Below, piece after piece: positions 27,857 through 41,588 of a stretch of DNA of 64,000 nt. Position 1 is the first letter of the stretch; every line of letters begins with the position of its first letter. The notes beneath the pieces were generated by a model. It had not been told where the DNA came from. It saw only the letters and a program-made list of their open reading frames with translations, and did not search any database. A program made the translations under genes and the position numbers. The stretch covers positions 62,001 to 126,000 of the forward strand of contig KZ538107.1 in the NCBI GenBank assembly GCA_000934665.2, in the 5' to 3' direction. The DNA comes from Catajapyx aquilonaris (Eukaryota).

Positions 27857-30800
27857 AATAGCATGTAAGTTATAATGATGTGTGTAAATAATTTGACATT
27901 TTCTTATCATCATTTCTTTTCCATTGGCGAAAATATATTCAGGCTATCGACCCATAGCATGTTGGACGACCCACTGCCCCATTCCACACCCCTCCAGTAC
28001 CCCCTTCTTTTCCCCCTTCATCACTTCAACTTTCCTTGGCTTTGGATGTCGGCTGACCATTCAGAATTTAACCAAAACAGAAATTCTACTGGCGGAAGTG
28101 CGCAATCAGATGGCCAACTCTGTGTACACTGCACATGCATACGAGAGAGGGAGAGATAGGAAGGGGAGAGAAAGAGAGGTCAAAGGGAATAGATGAAACG
28201 GATGGATTTTTTTGACACACTCATGAAAGCAAATATATATGTTTCATCTGGCCAGGTTGCATATCACTTTGTGTGCATCTGCCATTATTTGCAAATGCTT
28301 CACTCTACGGACGTGAAATGTCATACATGCGCCTGTGTTTAGAGAAGTCAGTAATTTCCGCACGGACGTTATTCCCCGTTTACCAATTGCAAATTTCATT
28401 TTACAGCGCTATTATTTCTATTATTTAATTAAGAGTCACGCAAAGGACGTCAATTAATACATGAAAGCACCCCATTGGAATGGAAGCTGCACCATTTGCA
28501 TCCGCAAGTGACAGGAATATATTCCATTTCAGTGAGCAAAATATCAGTTAATGAAGTGATGAGCCACTATTGTATCTTGTACATTCCAAGTGATTGGCTG
28601 AACTAGTTTTTACACCCCTGGTTAGCAAAATCCGCCAGAACTGGCTTATTTAGATCACAAGAACAGTATTTTCCAACATTATCCTGAACGTCCAGGGCAA
28701 CCATGCACACACACACAGGATGCCTGACTCTCAGGATATAAAGCCTCGCTTCATACAAGTTAGGAAGACATAACCGACATAACGAGCACGAAAATTCTAC
28801 ACCCGTGATTACACTTCGTATCTGAAAGTAAAATCACCTCACACCGACACGTGAGTCGAAATACACGGTGGCGTGCCTTCGAACCCTTTCATTGTGCACG
28901 TGACGCTACGCCCCCAAAATCATGTTTCAACTTCCCCTCATTCAGAACACGGAATTATCTCTTATTGAGTGAGAAAACCCGAAGCTCCTGCTTTGACTGT
29001 GAGGCTGCAGCAACGCCCTTCCCCAAAAACAGTCTAATCAATTGATTATTCACTCGACTGCTATTCGCCTTGTCTATATCGAGCGCTCCTCCTTTTTTTT
29101 TCCTTCTAGCTACTAGTGCAAATCTTGTAAAAAAAATAGCGCAATACACTGTAGACAATATCGCCCCAAAAAATTTCCAATCGTCAAGACATGGCGGATG
29201 AATCCAGGCGAGGTCGACGGACCTACTTTGTGTCGCGGATTATCTTCCGCCTATAAGCCCCCCCTCTCTCTCCCTACTGAAAACGCAACACATCCACCCC
29301 CGGTCCCTTACCTCCTCCTTCCCCCAATCTAACTCTTACACGATGATCGATATGTGACCAAGAGCTCGTAAAAGGCCTCCGCCCCATCCTATGCTTATCA
29401 ATGCCCCAGCGGATATATAGCGACTCGGTCGGAGGGAGTAGGGAGCTGCGGGATTGTGTCCCCCTAGCCCTCCCTCTTTGCCTCCAGTGCCACTTTCCAA
29501 ATATGGCTTCCTGCACCGGAGTCTTTCTTGGTTGGGAAGTGATTCGGGGACGATGTCGGCCAGATTCACTTGGGTTTGCACCAAAACGGCTGGAGGGGGA
29601 GGGGGAGGTTTAAACAAAGAAATGTAAATTGTTATGGGTTGGGGGTTGTACAGGGGTATCATGTCACGGTGGTTCATTATGCTGTACTGTACTGCTTGTC
29701 ACCTAGAGCGGAAAGTGCAAACATTTGGCGTCAGGAGTAGTATTCATAAACAGTAAATGGAGGCGATTTGGGCGACACGCATTTAGAGTGGTGTTGCATG
29801 CATTTTCGGGGCGGATATGTAGACACTTGTATAATTCATACTTTGGGTTTTCTTCGGACCTTTATTAGTGTGGGTTTACAGTTTACATTTTTACGAGTGG
29901 CTTACAGTACTGCAGGACATAATTTTTGGGCATGTTATTTTTTGAAGTACTGTATATTGGAACCTGTAATTAACATTACTACCTGGTACGGTATTCCTAT
30001 ACGCACAGTGTGAATCTATGTAAGCTAACGATGTTTAGAACGTCTTTCTCAGTCGAGTGCTAGTTAACATGATTTATTAGCTATGGCAGGATGCAAGGTG
30101 CGTTTCGGAAAGCGGCTTTCCATAACACCACTGTGGGCGCTGTCAACAGATTTCTAACTGAAGGAAAGGATCGATAAGGAACCGTCATGATAGCAGTAGT
30201 GACCGATACTGCCGGGAACCCCTTACACACAACGTTATAACTCCATCCTTCAAACTCTACAACATTTTCGCCAAGTTTTACAGGTCGATAAAAATGATGG
30301 AATCGCCCCCATACCCTCTACCCCCAAACCTCAAAAAAAACAAAAAGTTGGGTTGTTGTTGGGAGGGCAAAGTTTGATCCCTGTAGGTTTGAATTATTTC
30401 TAGAGGAATCCCCAAAGGCCTTATGTGCCAGCTGCTGCAACCTGAGTCACAACCCAACAGTGTTATATACGATTATCAGCCTTGTAAGCTGCGTACATAT
30501 ATTGCCTATTTTTCTGACTTTTCTTGGTGTAATATTTCTGGAGATGCAGTCACTGCTTGCGAATGGAAGCTGCAAAAGGTTTTTTTTCCCTCTTTCTCTC
30601 TCTCTCTCTCTCTTTTTAACTCCAAGGGATCGATTCCCATTCCAACCGAGGCACATAACCTACTAATTAGGACTGCGCTTTTGGGAGCTGAATTTATTTA
30701 GTTATTTATTTTCGGATCAGAAGTGCCATTTAACATTCATGGGAACCGGGACATTAACGCGGCTATCAGCAATAATTTAATGCGCTTCTGCACCAAGCAA

Positions 30801-30872
30801 GTTAACTTGCCTGCTTCTCTATGCACACTGCAGTATATCAAGTACAGTATACTCCTGTACAAGTTTTCACCG

Positions 30873-30896
30873 CATTATTAATTATTATTATTATTA

Positions 30897-30937
<41 letters not shown>

Positions 30938-31245
30938 TAGCTGCGGCACCCGGCGTTGCCCGGGAAGAAATGAATGAAGGGAAAACACCTGCCAGTACCC
31001 CCATCAACTGTCTGTCTTTCTGTGTGTCCGGCCACCTGTGCCATCTGTGGTCCTGCTACTCCAACACCTTCAACCTCTCCCGCCTGTATAACGGCAACCG
31101 TCATTTGCCTGCCATCTGTAGTCAACCCCCCAACACCTCCATCCTCTCCCGGCCTGGGGGTGGAGCACAGATGGCAGGCAAATGACTGTTGGCAGGCGGA
31201 CAGACAGACAGACAGACAGACTCACAAACGGCTTTATTTATATAG

Positions 31246-31293
<48 letters not shown>

Positions 31294-31303
31294 GTTGTTG
31301 TTA
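30873..31303. repeat. (TTA)n microsatellite split by a Helitron insertion
   Basis: (TTA)n at about 30873-30936 and (TTA)n(TTG)n at 31247-31303 on either side of the element. Confidence 0.9.
30937..31246 (-). mobile_element. Non-autonomous Helitron (310 bp)
   Basis: Minus strand starts TC (TCTATATAAATAAAG), carries (CTGT)n, has subterminal hairpin CCCGGGCAACGCCGGG (30949-30964) and ends CTAG; inserted between A and T with no TSD. These are the canonical Helitron hallmarks. Confidence 0.88.
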
Positions 31304-33752
31304 TAACCGTCAGTTACTGCTTAAATATTTACCCAATCATGCCTTCTCTTTCACCTCAAAATGCAGTATCCCTTTGAGCATATATCAAAAGCGAGCACAT
31401 CCCCAACTTCAAAAAAGATTAAAAACTAACATGAAAAGCTCCGTCGAGCCCTTGCAGAAACGGCCGATGAAACGATGTAAAAATAATGAACATACTGTAC
31501 ACGGTGAATGATCTCATGAAAAGCTTTAAAAAAATCTAAGGCGTCTAATCTTACAATGCGCACACTATATACTCTACGTCCTTATCCGCTCGTTTGAATG
31601 ACGCTCCATTCAATACCCCTCACCGTCTTTATGCGAATCTTTTTAATACATACGCAAAATACTTCGCATCCCTCAACTAATATTGTTATGCTGATAAAAG
31701 GACCTTTGTGTAGCAAGACGTACGTGGTCGGAGCTTTTCACTCTAATTGGACACTTGAGTGCCGCCTCTATGCAAAAATAGTCCTAACTCCCATGATTTG
31801 TCCCCCAACTCCCATGATTTGTCCAAACTCTATTTTGCATCGGCGACTGTCTGAGTCTGAGAGAGCCTGAAAAGTAGCTAAGGAAAGGAGGGGAAAAAAC
31901 CTGGTTTAATTTTGGGAGACCGGGAGGAGGAAAAGGGGGGGAAAAAAAGATATTGATTAACATGGGGGGGGCTTCCCCAGATTCAAGAGACGGTGTGACG
32001 CGCGTCTTTCCACCCAAGCTTCGCCGCATTCCCATAAAAAAAGGAATCCCAAAGTAGAGTCCCCCACCACATCACCCCCCCCCCCTTCCTGGAGTCTGAA
32101 GAAAGGATTACATGGGGCAAGGATACGGTGAAGGCCTCTACAGATCCAGGTCCCTCCCCCGTCACCTCCCACGAGAGTCAACACAAAGATATCTTCGTCA
32201 CTCAGACTCAAAGACAAAGGGACTCGGTGGAAACCCCAAGAGAAGAGAGGGAGAGAGGGAAACTTTTGCTGGACATTAGCAGTGTCTTGCAAGACATCCA
32301 TCAGTCTTGGGAGGTGAAAAATGATCAGGTGTATCTCCCAGAGGTTCGTTTAACAACCTGAATGTAACGAACCAGTTAGTGAACACACAAAAAATTGTGT
32401 GGCGTGTTTAGCTACAGCTAGTTAATTTTGGGTACATATGACATAATTTATTTATGTACAGTGATAGTGGTTAGAGCGAGGTCAAATAAAATTCATCGTC
32501 ATTGAAGTTAAAATGTAGTTAAATACTGAAAAAAACGTAAATGGTTGAAGTGACTAAAATTATTAAGGGTTTGTCAACTAATACGTATTTTAGTTACCGT
32601 GGTTGAACTGACCAAATATTTTGGTTAACAGAAATGCTTTTGTTTCAACCTAATATTAATCCGTTTTATAATAATTTACTGCCAGTTTAACTCCTACTTT
32701 ATCGAATAAATTGATCTGTGGTTTGGGCGTAAATTCTTCAGCAAACTCCACAAAACGAAGTAAAATTCGCAAGCTTTTAAGGTGTAGAAGGAAATCATTC
32801 AGGTAACGTAAAGCGTCACGATCGAGCAGCTCAAATTGAGCGTGTGAAGCCGGGCTAAAAAGGTCGCAATGAAGTTATGGTTCTGGTGCTATTTGCAGAA
32901 TGCATTACTACAAATTTAGGGGATGTTAGTCCACATGTAATTCCGTTAGCCCCGTGTAAATATTTAAGGCGGGTTTAAAAGCCAAAAAGCTTTTCAGAGG
33001 CAAATAACGTGTTTGCCTAGTCTCAATTAGCAGCTAGTCCGCATCGCTTCCTCCCAAAGAGGGGCGGCGAAAATGCATTCTGCATTTTTTTCCACCCAAC
33101 AATTAATCCCAAATGGTCGGTGCAGTGTTTTACGGGCTTGGTTTAACCTCTGGCTCTTGGTTGCTTACCAGCAATTTGTATCTGTCCACATCATGCCGTT
33201 ATGAAGTTGTATAGATAACGAGGCGGCAATCAATCGCATGTAAAATGACAAATGAAAATGACTCGACACATACGTCTGAATGCTCTGATCCCCCATTATC
33301 ATTATTGGACTAGTTAGGCTACTAAAAACCGGCTTATCATGCTACACACTAACGTATATAATGCTAAGGAAGTGGTTTGTACCATAATAGTGGATTTACA
33401 CTCAGCTATTGCACTGGGAGTTATTGCAGGCTTTACCTAGTTGTTACTACTCATTTACTGCCACTTTGCCACTGAATTAATTAGTCGTGTTAAATGGAAG
33501 GAGGGGACGGTACGATACCTTTTCTAGGATAGTTTCTGTCCCTATACTTCGGAAAACCAACTGTTTACACGCCTGATTCACCAATATTATCTACCCCCGG
33601 CTCCGTCTGAAAATTAACTCCCCCCCTCTTAATTTGCGCTTCAACTTGCCAAGCATCATTGATCCAGGTCACTAATTATCTCCCACCTCACATTTCATAA
33701 CTGGTTTTATACCACAGCCCATTCGGCCGAATGGAAGCCGGGGGGGGGGGGG

Positions 33753-33904
33753 NNNNNNNNNNNNNNNNNNNNNNNNNNNNNNNNNNNNNNNNNNNNNNNN
33801 NNNNNNNNNNNNNNNNNNNNNNNNNNNNNNNNNNNNNNNNNNNNNNNNNNNNNNNNNNNNNNNNNNNNNNNNNNNNNNNNNNNNNNNNNNNNNNNNNNNN
33901 NNNN
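33753..33904. other. Assembly gap (152 N) flanked by poly-G
   Basis: N run with G homopolymers on both sides. Confidence 0.99.
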
Positions 33905-36900
33905 GGGGGGGGGGGGTGGATAATACAATATTAATGAACACTCCGGCACGTCTAGAGACGCGCTTGTAAATCTCTCTGCTCGGCGCTCTGCCTTCCTTCT
34001 ATGCAATCCGGAGCAAACTTGACTATTTTTAATGACTCTTGCCAGTGGGAAGGCCCGAGGCTTAGAAGCTCCCGGGCGCAACTCTTTTCTCCCATGTTTT
34101 TCTTGCCTCCCACTCTCAAGATCTTGCTCTTTCCCGGGAAAACGCCCTGTGCAGCTGCAAGTGAGCATTAAGCTCAAGCCCTGTAACTACTCGTCCATAT
34201 ATAGCGGCAGTGTAGGCTTTCAAGCTAAGTCCCCCTCGCTCACGACATCAAAACCCATTGGGGGTGTCCCAAACTGCTCAGCCTTCTCCTAAATGTCACT
34301 TAGCCAGCCCCACCCCCCCCTCTCCTAGATGGGGGATGGTGGGAAGGTTCTGAATTAAGCACGGCGTTTGCTTCGCTGTGAGATTCTATTAAACGTGCAT
34401 AGTGAAGCTGAGAGAAAATTCATGATGTATAAGTCGCCCATTCCTTGCGACTTGAGGTTATCGGTTGGTCTGGTCCGGAGTCTAGACGTATCCGGCCAAT
34501 AACTTCAACGTGATTGGACGGACGCTTCCACTTCCTTGCTATCAGAAGCCAAAGTCGGCTTTTCCACCTATCAGAAGGTCAATGGCCGTAAAGGCGACTA
34601 AATAATTGATTTGGGTTCTAATAAATGCGGTTTAGAGGTGAGGCTTGGGGAGAAGTGGTTAGAGCCGAAAAAATTAAATGGGACTGTGTGTGAGTTTAAC
34701 TGGGTTTTTTCCTAGAGAAATCCCTGGTGAGATGTTGAACAACGGCGCGGGGGGGGGGGGGTCCTTTTCTTGGAAAGAGTACTCCATTACGGATTTCATA
34801 AAATGCTCCATCAAATTTGCACAAGTTTCCCTGTAGGGTAATCCTGCCAGAAACATGCACCGTATGTTAAGAATTCATCAGGTAACTTATAAAGCCATTT
34901 TCATTTTTCGATGCATTACTTTATTACTCTGGAAACTCGTAAATGAATAATAATTTATAAAGCAAAATTGATTTCTTGTACAGTAGGCTACATACGCAGG
35001 GTATAGAATTTCAGCATCTTTATAGGGAGTTTGGTTTAGTGGGAAATCATGGCGGAACTTTTCTGATTAATACACTGTGCTTGTTTTAATTTAAAAGAGT
35101 GATATTTACTTTAAATTCTCTTTGCATACAGTGTGTTCCAACTTCCAAGTATTGGGGGTCCTTTTAGTTATTGCAGATGTCGCCCGGTTGTCATTTTGTG
35201 TGATTTTTTGCGCCCCGATCGAGGTGTCCAATTATTCCCATTATATCACCAACTGGACCACACCTGGAAAAATTTACACAAAAATAGCAACTTCGGGCCA
35301 AAGCGACAACAACAGGGCCCGAATACTTGGAACACTATTTACAGTACTCGCATTTCAATTAAACACATTCTTCATTGTTGCAAGTGGCTTACCTCAATTG
35401 TCATCAGTATTTGGTGGTCAGCCATTTGCGTAACAGCGAGTGATGGAACATAAAGGTCAGCAGCGCGTGAAGTTGTACTGTTATGAATGTACATTTTGTG
35501 CTTACCTATCGTGTACTCACTGTCAGCAGTGCATGTATAGGCACCTGATCTGTAGATTACACGACGAGCCGCCCGGGAAAACAAAACACCCTTTCCACCT
35601 ATTATCACCACCCTAAAAGTTGTCAAGCAAGAAAACAATGCAAGAGAAGGTTCACAGGCGGTCATTGCTGGCAGAAATCAATGGCCACCATATGGCTCCT
35701 GGCATTCAGCACCTTTCCATTCGATGGCCAAATATCATCACCAGCCTCGGTGGCGCAATGTCAACGGTTTCCAATGCTGTAAGCAATAAATTAGAATCTC
35801 CTTATGCATTGTTTATGAGTTTGGTTGCATTTATTGCGATGATGACTGAAGAGAGGGAAATAAGAGGGGTATCGTTCCTAGCTACCACAATACCGTAGTA
35901 CTATATATCCTGTACTTTGAAGCATGTCCACCTTATCTACCTAACGTTGAATGACAGTCATAATATGCAGTATAACGATATGAAAAACCTGCCCGCTCTA
36001 GATGTCAGATACCAACCAATAGCAAAATGCATGCATATTCCGCCTATCGCATTATCAGAGGCTCGATACCTGGCAAAATTATGTTATTACGACGCATAAG
36101 CATAGTCCACAATTTATTGAAATATGGGCTCAAATTTGTGAACCTACCAGAGCATAAAATGCGAAACCACATTTGAGTCCCAAGTGACTTTATGTTAATG
36201 CCACATCAGCAAGTGTAATTCTGGACTGAATTCCCTGCTGATTACACCCTCTTTCTCAGTGACTCGACCAAAAAAAAATGCAATGCAAACAGTATAGTTG
36301 TCACGACTAATAGAGATAGCCTCGGATTTCCCCCTCCGATCAGCGTCTTCTTTCTCGCCCGACGTTTTTATTAGCGGAAACTAGGCCTATAGGCTAGGTA
36401 GGACCTATATTTTTTCAGAGCAAAAGGCCTCCCCTTGGCCAATAGTGGGTGAAGTCCTTGACTCCACTCTAATAAAAATTCTGTAGTGGGCGAGTAGGCC
36501 CTCATTGGCCATCAGGGAATCTAGCGCCCACAATAGTAATTTTGTTAGTTGAACCGAGATTGGGCTAGTTTCCGATATTTTTATGGGAGAAGGATATAAC
36601 CCTTGGTCCGCTGCACGTTAGCCTCTACTTTGTTGGGGCGGGTCTCACTCTATATAGTAGGGTGTTACAGCCTTAGACGGCACACGTGATGTGATTGCAC
36701 TGTCATGGCTACCAGCCCTACATGTCCCCAATCCCCGATTAGAAATGCTTCAAGAAGTTATAGCCGTTAGGGGCTAGGCAATGATTCAGACACTCATTTG
36801 ATCAAAGACTGCAGGGAGATATCTATTTGCCTGGAAGCTGGCTGCGAAAACCGTCAGGTGTGCCATCCTACCTGCCTTGAAACTCCATTTTTCCTCCCCC

Positions 36901-37477
36901 ATCCCCATCCCCTCCCTCTCTCCAATTGCAAAATTATGCGCATCCGGAAACACGCCCGGGGGGTAATCTGACGAGCTGCACACTTCTCATTACCTCTCGC
37001 CAGCACCAACTTCCATCAGACTCATCAACACCGTCTTCAAGCTTCAAGTTTTACGAAGCTTTTCCCCCTTCCAGCCAATCGCCAAGCCCCCAATCACTTT
37101 CTCCCATGCCCGGACATTTCGCTCCAAAAACCCAGGTTTTACGCCTCAGACTTTGCAATTTCATTTTGAACTCAAAATGTTAGTGTCCTGGAATAATTGT
37201 TCCCGCGGTGTATTTAGTTGTGCACGGATCCATAACCACGGAATGCTAATTTTGCAGGCCAGGACCGAGAGTGGAAGTAATGCGTGACGTCAAGTGATGT
37301 AGGACCCAATTGAATGGCAGTAAATTAGTTTGCTGATGCGTGGCGCTGAAAGTTTCCATTGAAGTTTTTTTTTGCAATGTCAAAAATCTGAAAAATGTCA
37401 TCTTGATGCAGGAGTGGAATGATCACGTTTGACACACAATGTACAAATTACTACTTTTCTTACACCCTGTTTCGAGT

Positions 37478-37548
37478 GCTCTCATAGCTCAGTTGGAAGA
37501 GCAACAGCTTCAAGCTGGAGGTCCCAGGTTCGATTCCTGGTGAGGGCA
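37478..37548 (+). tRNA. tRNA-like element or tRNA pseudogene with shortened anticodon arm (TCA at loop centre)
   Basis: Acceptor GCTCTCA/TGAGGGC plus discriminator A, D arm GCTC-AGTTGGAA-GAGC, T arm CCAGG-TTCGATT-CCTGG, variable AGGTC; anticodon arm ACAG-CTTCAAG-CTGG is 15 nt instead of 17. Pol III A and B boxes intact. Function unproven. Confidence 0.6.
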
Positions 37549-40442
37549 TTGATGCTACATGGTCCATTTAGAAAATATGGCAGGTGACACAAAATCAGTC
37601 CACATGCTTTTACTATACAAATACTCTTACACTTAGATCAACATTAGTTGACGATAAGAGTGAATCTAACGCTCCTGTCTCAAGTTATTGGAATATGTAT
37701 AGGGCAACATATTTGCATGCAATTTATTTTCCAAAATTACGTGGTATATGTATCAGCGAACCTCATCATTTTCCTCCATGGTAATGTCATTTCTATGAAT
37801 ATATGACTTCAAGATTAGTAAATGCATATAGCGCGTGAAAGACTACGTAATTACACCTCTGATTTGCCCAGTGCAAGGGACAGTCCAAAAAGAACAGCCC
37901 ATATCGGGTATCCCTACATTTGTATTTCTAGACTGTGCACTTTATGAGCAGTATTCACCGAAATTGACAAAAATGGAATGGGTTGGACAGCACTTCCTCT
38001 TCCAACTACTGCCTGTGCTAAATTGCCTCGTATTATTAGTAGAATAGTAACCTAGACATCTGCACGCCTTTAACGCACCACATTTTATGTTCATTTTTCC
38101 AACCTTATGTACTTTTTTTGAACAGTAGCCCTCCCATAATAGGTCGAGTCTAATAATAATTAATGATGGCAATGCAGTGTGGTAAGAATATGAGGCTGTG
38201 GAGGGAGCGAGGGACAATATGTGATGACATAATAATAAAGATCTGCACTACTTTTTTTATTGGAAGACCAATATCATTATAACTTGAAATGGGGTCTAGC
38301 CAAGTCCCGACCAAGTTGATTAACGGGGAGAAATAGTAATTGGATGCAAATGCGGAATAAAATATAGGTCCACGTCCCGTTCCATTACTGCTTCCAACAG
38401 TACGCCCATAGACTGCATGAGTTCAAATAGTGTTGGCAACGACATTAAAAAATTGATGCTGTGATGTGGCTATGGTGCTAGACGAGGGAAGGATCGTCAA
38501 GGGCGTACAGTAGAGAGACAGTAGAGAGTAGTAGAGAATAGTAGAGAGTACATTTGAGACCCTTCCTAGCTAGAGGTCACAGGGGTGGTCAGCGTGCTTG
38601 GTCATAGTAAAAGCGAGTCAACATTAGATGTGGAGCAGTCCGGAGCAGAATGATGATGTAAAAGGGGCAGTGCAGTTGAGGAGCCGGATGATTCGCCTGG
38701 ACAATGTCGCAGAAGAGACGACACCACTTGCACTATGACATCAGTTCAAAGAGACTTGCTCCAGTAATCTCGTTTGATCAATTTGGAAGGAAGAGACAGT
38801 TGTTGCATGTCATCTTTTTCAGAAGCAATCAATCTTCAACCACGTATACAGGTGTTTCTTATTAGTATAGTCCCTCTTCATTAATTTAAATGACCGATAT
38901 AGTTTTGGTTTCCTCTGCGCATAATTTTGATGTGTCAACCAGGACTCGCCTACCTCTGCCCATAACCTTATCCCTTCTGACCTGTGACAGCTACTGCATG
39001 AAATGACATGATTTTGTTCCCGACTGCAGGATGTGCTTGATATTCTATAAGCCTCAAGACGGACACGAACTAACTTACACCAAAACTTGATGTGAGATAC
39101 TTCTGCTGTTACTGTATCAATATCATATACCACAATATTTTCTCTTTTTTCGTAATGACTCACCGTTATAGATAGCACTTTCTCTCGAAATACTGTACTT
39201 CGTACTGAGTCCCAGAAATTGCCGTATTTATAGACATTCTCTGGTATTTAGGAAAATGCGTGTGATTTGGGAAAGTGAAATGCTAATTCGAAAGGATCAT
39301 GGCACTGAAGGAGCATGAACAAATTGCTGGAAAAAGTCTTGTTGGCGTCATTTCTATTTGGATAATTAGAAATCATAATAATCCCTCTTCCTCATTGCAC
39401 TATGAAAAAATAATACTTAGAGAGAACCACTTGTCCTGAGTGCTCAGGACTTCCCACAAGGTTGTGGCCCTGAGGATGCCTAATGTCCAGGATGAGTCAG
39501 GGTGCACATATACGGACAGTTTCACGTCCACGTCTACGTCAACGAATCAGCTCAATAGTCAAAATCTTTCTCGATTATATACGGCATTGCCAAAATAGTT
39601 TACGATCACATTATTGAATCGCTTATTTCAGAAAAGTCAAGAAAGTCTCATTCTATGCAAAAACTACAAATATCAGCCATGCAGGCTATTGTATAAACTT
39701 GCGACCTTAATACTGATTTACCGGTATGCATGCATAATATGTTTTTATGGGCCATATGGTTCAAAAATTCTGTATTTTCTTATGGAAATTTTAGAAGTCC
39801 ACTTACCCCTTTCTGCAGCATACGGTTTTGAATTCCACTGAAGAAATCAATGATTGACGACAACACAAAGTAGCTTCTCTCAGTAGGCCCCTTCTTTCTT
39901 TTGGATACCACAAAAAGACATCATTACCCTGGAAAAAAATACAATCAAATTAATACGGACCAGTTTACCGTAACATGACGTAATTATACAGAGTTAGTCA
40001 GAACTCTGTCAATATCTATAGGGTTCTCTTTGACCGAATTCAAGTCGAAAATGTAGGGAATGTCGAAAACCTTACCGTCGGTAAGGATGTAGACGACGAT
40101 TAACGTTTGGTTGTCCCTTAGATAAACGCGATCACCCGCTTTGCACCTGATCCTGGAATGTATGCACAGATGAGGCTCAGAGTACAGACCGTGCCATGAG
40201 TTTCGATCATCGTCGCCTAAGTCGTTAACGGTTTGGTTTACAAGCATGTATGACAAAACTAAACTTAGCATAAGGAAACCCAAATAGTTCGTCTTGGAAC
40301 CTACATCCAGGACCTTCAGGAACCTCAAAGACAGAGAATGAATATTGATGATATCATCAATAGAGAGTCATCCATCCAAAGGGTACACTAAAATGAAGGA
40401 TAGGTGTTGGTAAGTGACTCGTGTGCCATCGGGCCTTTTCAG

Positions 40443-40666
40443 ACCACATGTCGTCGCTGTGCAAGAACCACTTCCTGCAGAACTTGTACCGCAAGATCGA
40501 CGGAGCAGTGTTGCAGTCGCAGAACGAGCGCAACCTGGATTGCGTCATCACCTTCCAGACAGACTCCATCCTCCAGCGATTTATGCTGCGCTTCGAGGCA
40601 CTTCAACTAGACTGCAATGACCATCTCTTCATCTACGATGGCGCCCACGCCATCGGAAACTATAAG
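40443..40666 (+). CDS. loaf: CUB-LDLa membrane protein, exon 2 (N-terminal part of CUB-like domain)
   Basis: ttttcag| ... AAG|GTGCGT; encodes (Y)HMSSLCKNHFLQNLYRKIDGAVLQSQNERNLDCVITFQTDSILQRFMLRFEALQLDCNDHLFIYDGAHAIGNYK with CUB-type C-x-D-x-L-x-I-Y-D-G motif; strong coding-like codon usage. Orthology to loaf/CG6024 is from memory, not a search. Confidence 0.93.
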
Positions 40667-41443
40667 GTGCGTCTTTTCGCCCAAACTCTCTCCTCACTTC
40701 GGGTTCTTTATTTCGCCTATCTCGTGTGAAGGTTTACAAGTTTTATGGCATTTACTGGGGCTAAAAAGTGTCAGGTTGGAGAGTTTGTCTCTGACGGATG
40801 TTTCAGATGAAATTAGGATTTCTGCTATAATATCGGGAGTTTTTAAATGACAGAAAATTTGCATCATTGTTACCAAAGTACTGGTACTTATTTGTATCAG
40901 ATGTGCTCATTCAAATATCATTTTGTGATAGAGTAGAAAAGTATAGCATATGACCTGAATCATTTGAAATGATGCTATTTTTCTGACGATCTCATGAGAG
41001 AATAGGCGCATCTCAACTCGACGAATTTTTTCAGTATGGCAAGTTAAAGTTTTACGCTGCAGCAATCATCGTGGCTTATTTATGTTCATCCTAAAAATCT
41101 TGCTCCTTGTTTTTCCCCACAAGTATAGTGCCTTTGTTATACCAATATCTTGCAATAAAACGCACATATAAAAATGCCTCGAATTTTTGTGCTGCACAAA
41201 ACATGGTATTCCAATATACGGGAACTTTCATATGAAGATGAATGATGTCATCCGAAGTGTTTTTCAGTCTCAGTTTAAAAAGCTAGTTGGGATACGCCCT
41301 TCTTTGACTGACCCACTCCATTCACCGTCTCAAGTGTGTATTTGTCCTCACTTGGAGCCGGTATCTCGTAAGATAAGTGCTGCATGGGTTGTGATGCAGA
41401 ATGGTCAGTGAAAGTGTCTTCCGGATGGTTCTGTACTTTTCAG

Positions 41444-41588
41444 GCGGACTTATCGTGCCGCAACACGCGCCAGAGCGTAGGCACCGTCTACACCCGCACA
41501 AACTTTGTTACTCTAAAGTACGTGACAGACGCTTGGGGCACCGAGTCCAACGGCTTCCGCCTCATCATCACGGCTTTTAAGGATCCCA
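41444..41588 (+). CDS. loaf: CUB-LDLa membrane protein, exon 3 (C-terminal part of CUB-like domain)
   Basis: ttttcag|GCG ... CCCA|GTAAGT; ADLSCRNTRQSVGTVYTRTNFVTLKYVTDAWGTESNGFRLIITAFKDP with CUB-type F-V-T-L-K-Y-V-T-D...G-F end; phases 0/1 fit the neighbouring exons. Confidence 0.93.

Noticed and set aside
32128..32361. 77-aa ORF with coding-like composition
   Set aside because: GTG start, no domain recognised, no phase-compatible splice sites identified.
33672..34177. ORFs of 67-156 aa across the gap
   Set aside because: Their length is inflated by N translated as X.
37478..37548. Selenocysteine tRNA
   Set aside because: Only 71 nt, with a 5-nt variable loop and 7/5 acceptor/T geometry; tRNA-Sec needs a long variable arm and an extended acceptor-T stack.
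39984..40328. 114-aa antisense ORF just upstream of exon 2
   Set aside because: TTG start and no family I recognise; cannot be supported without a homology search.
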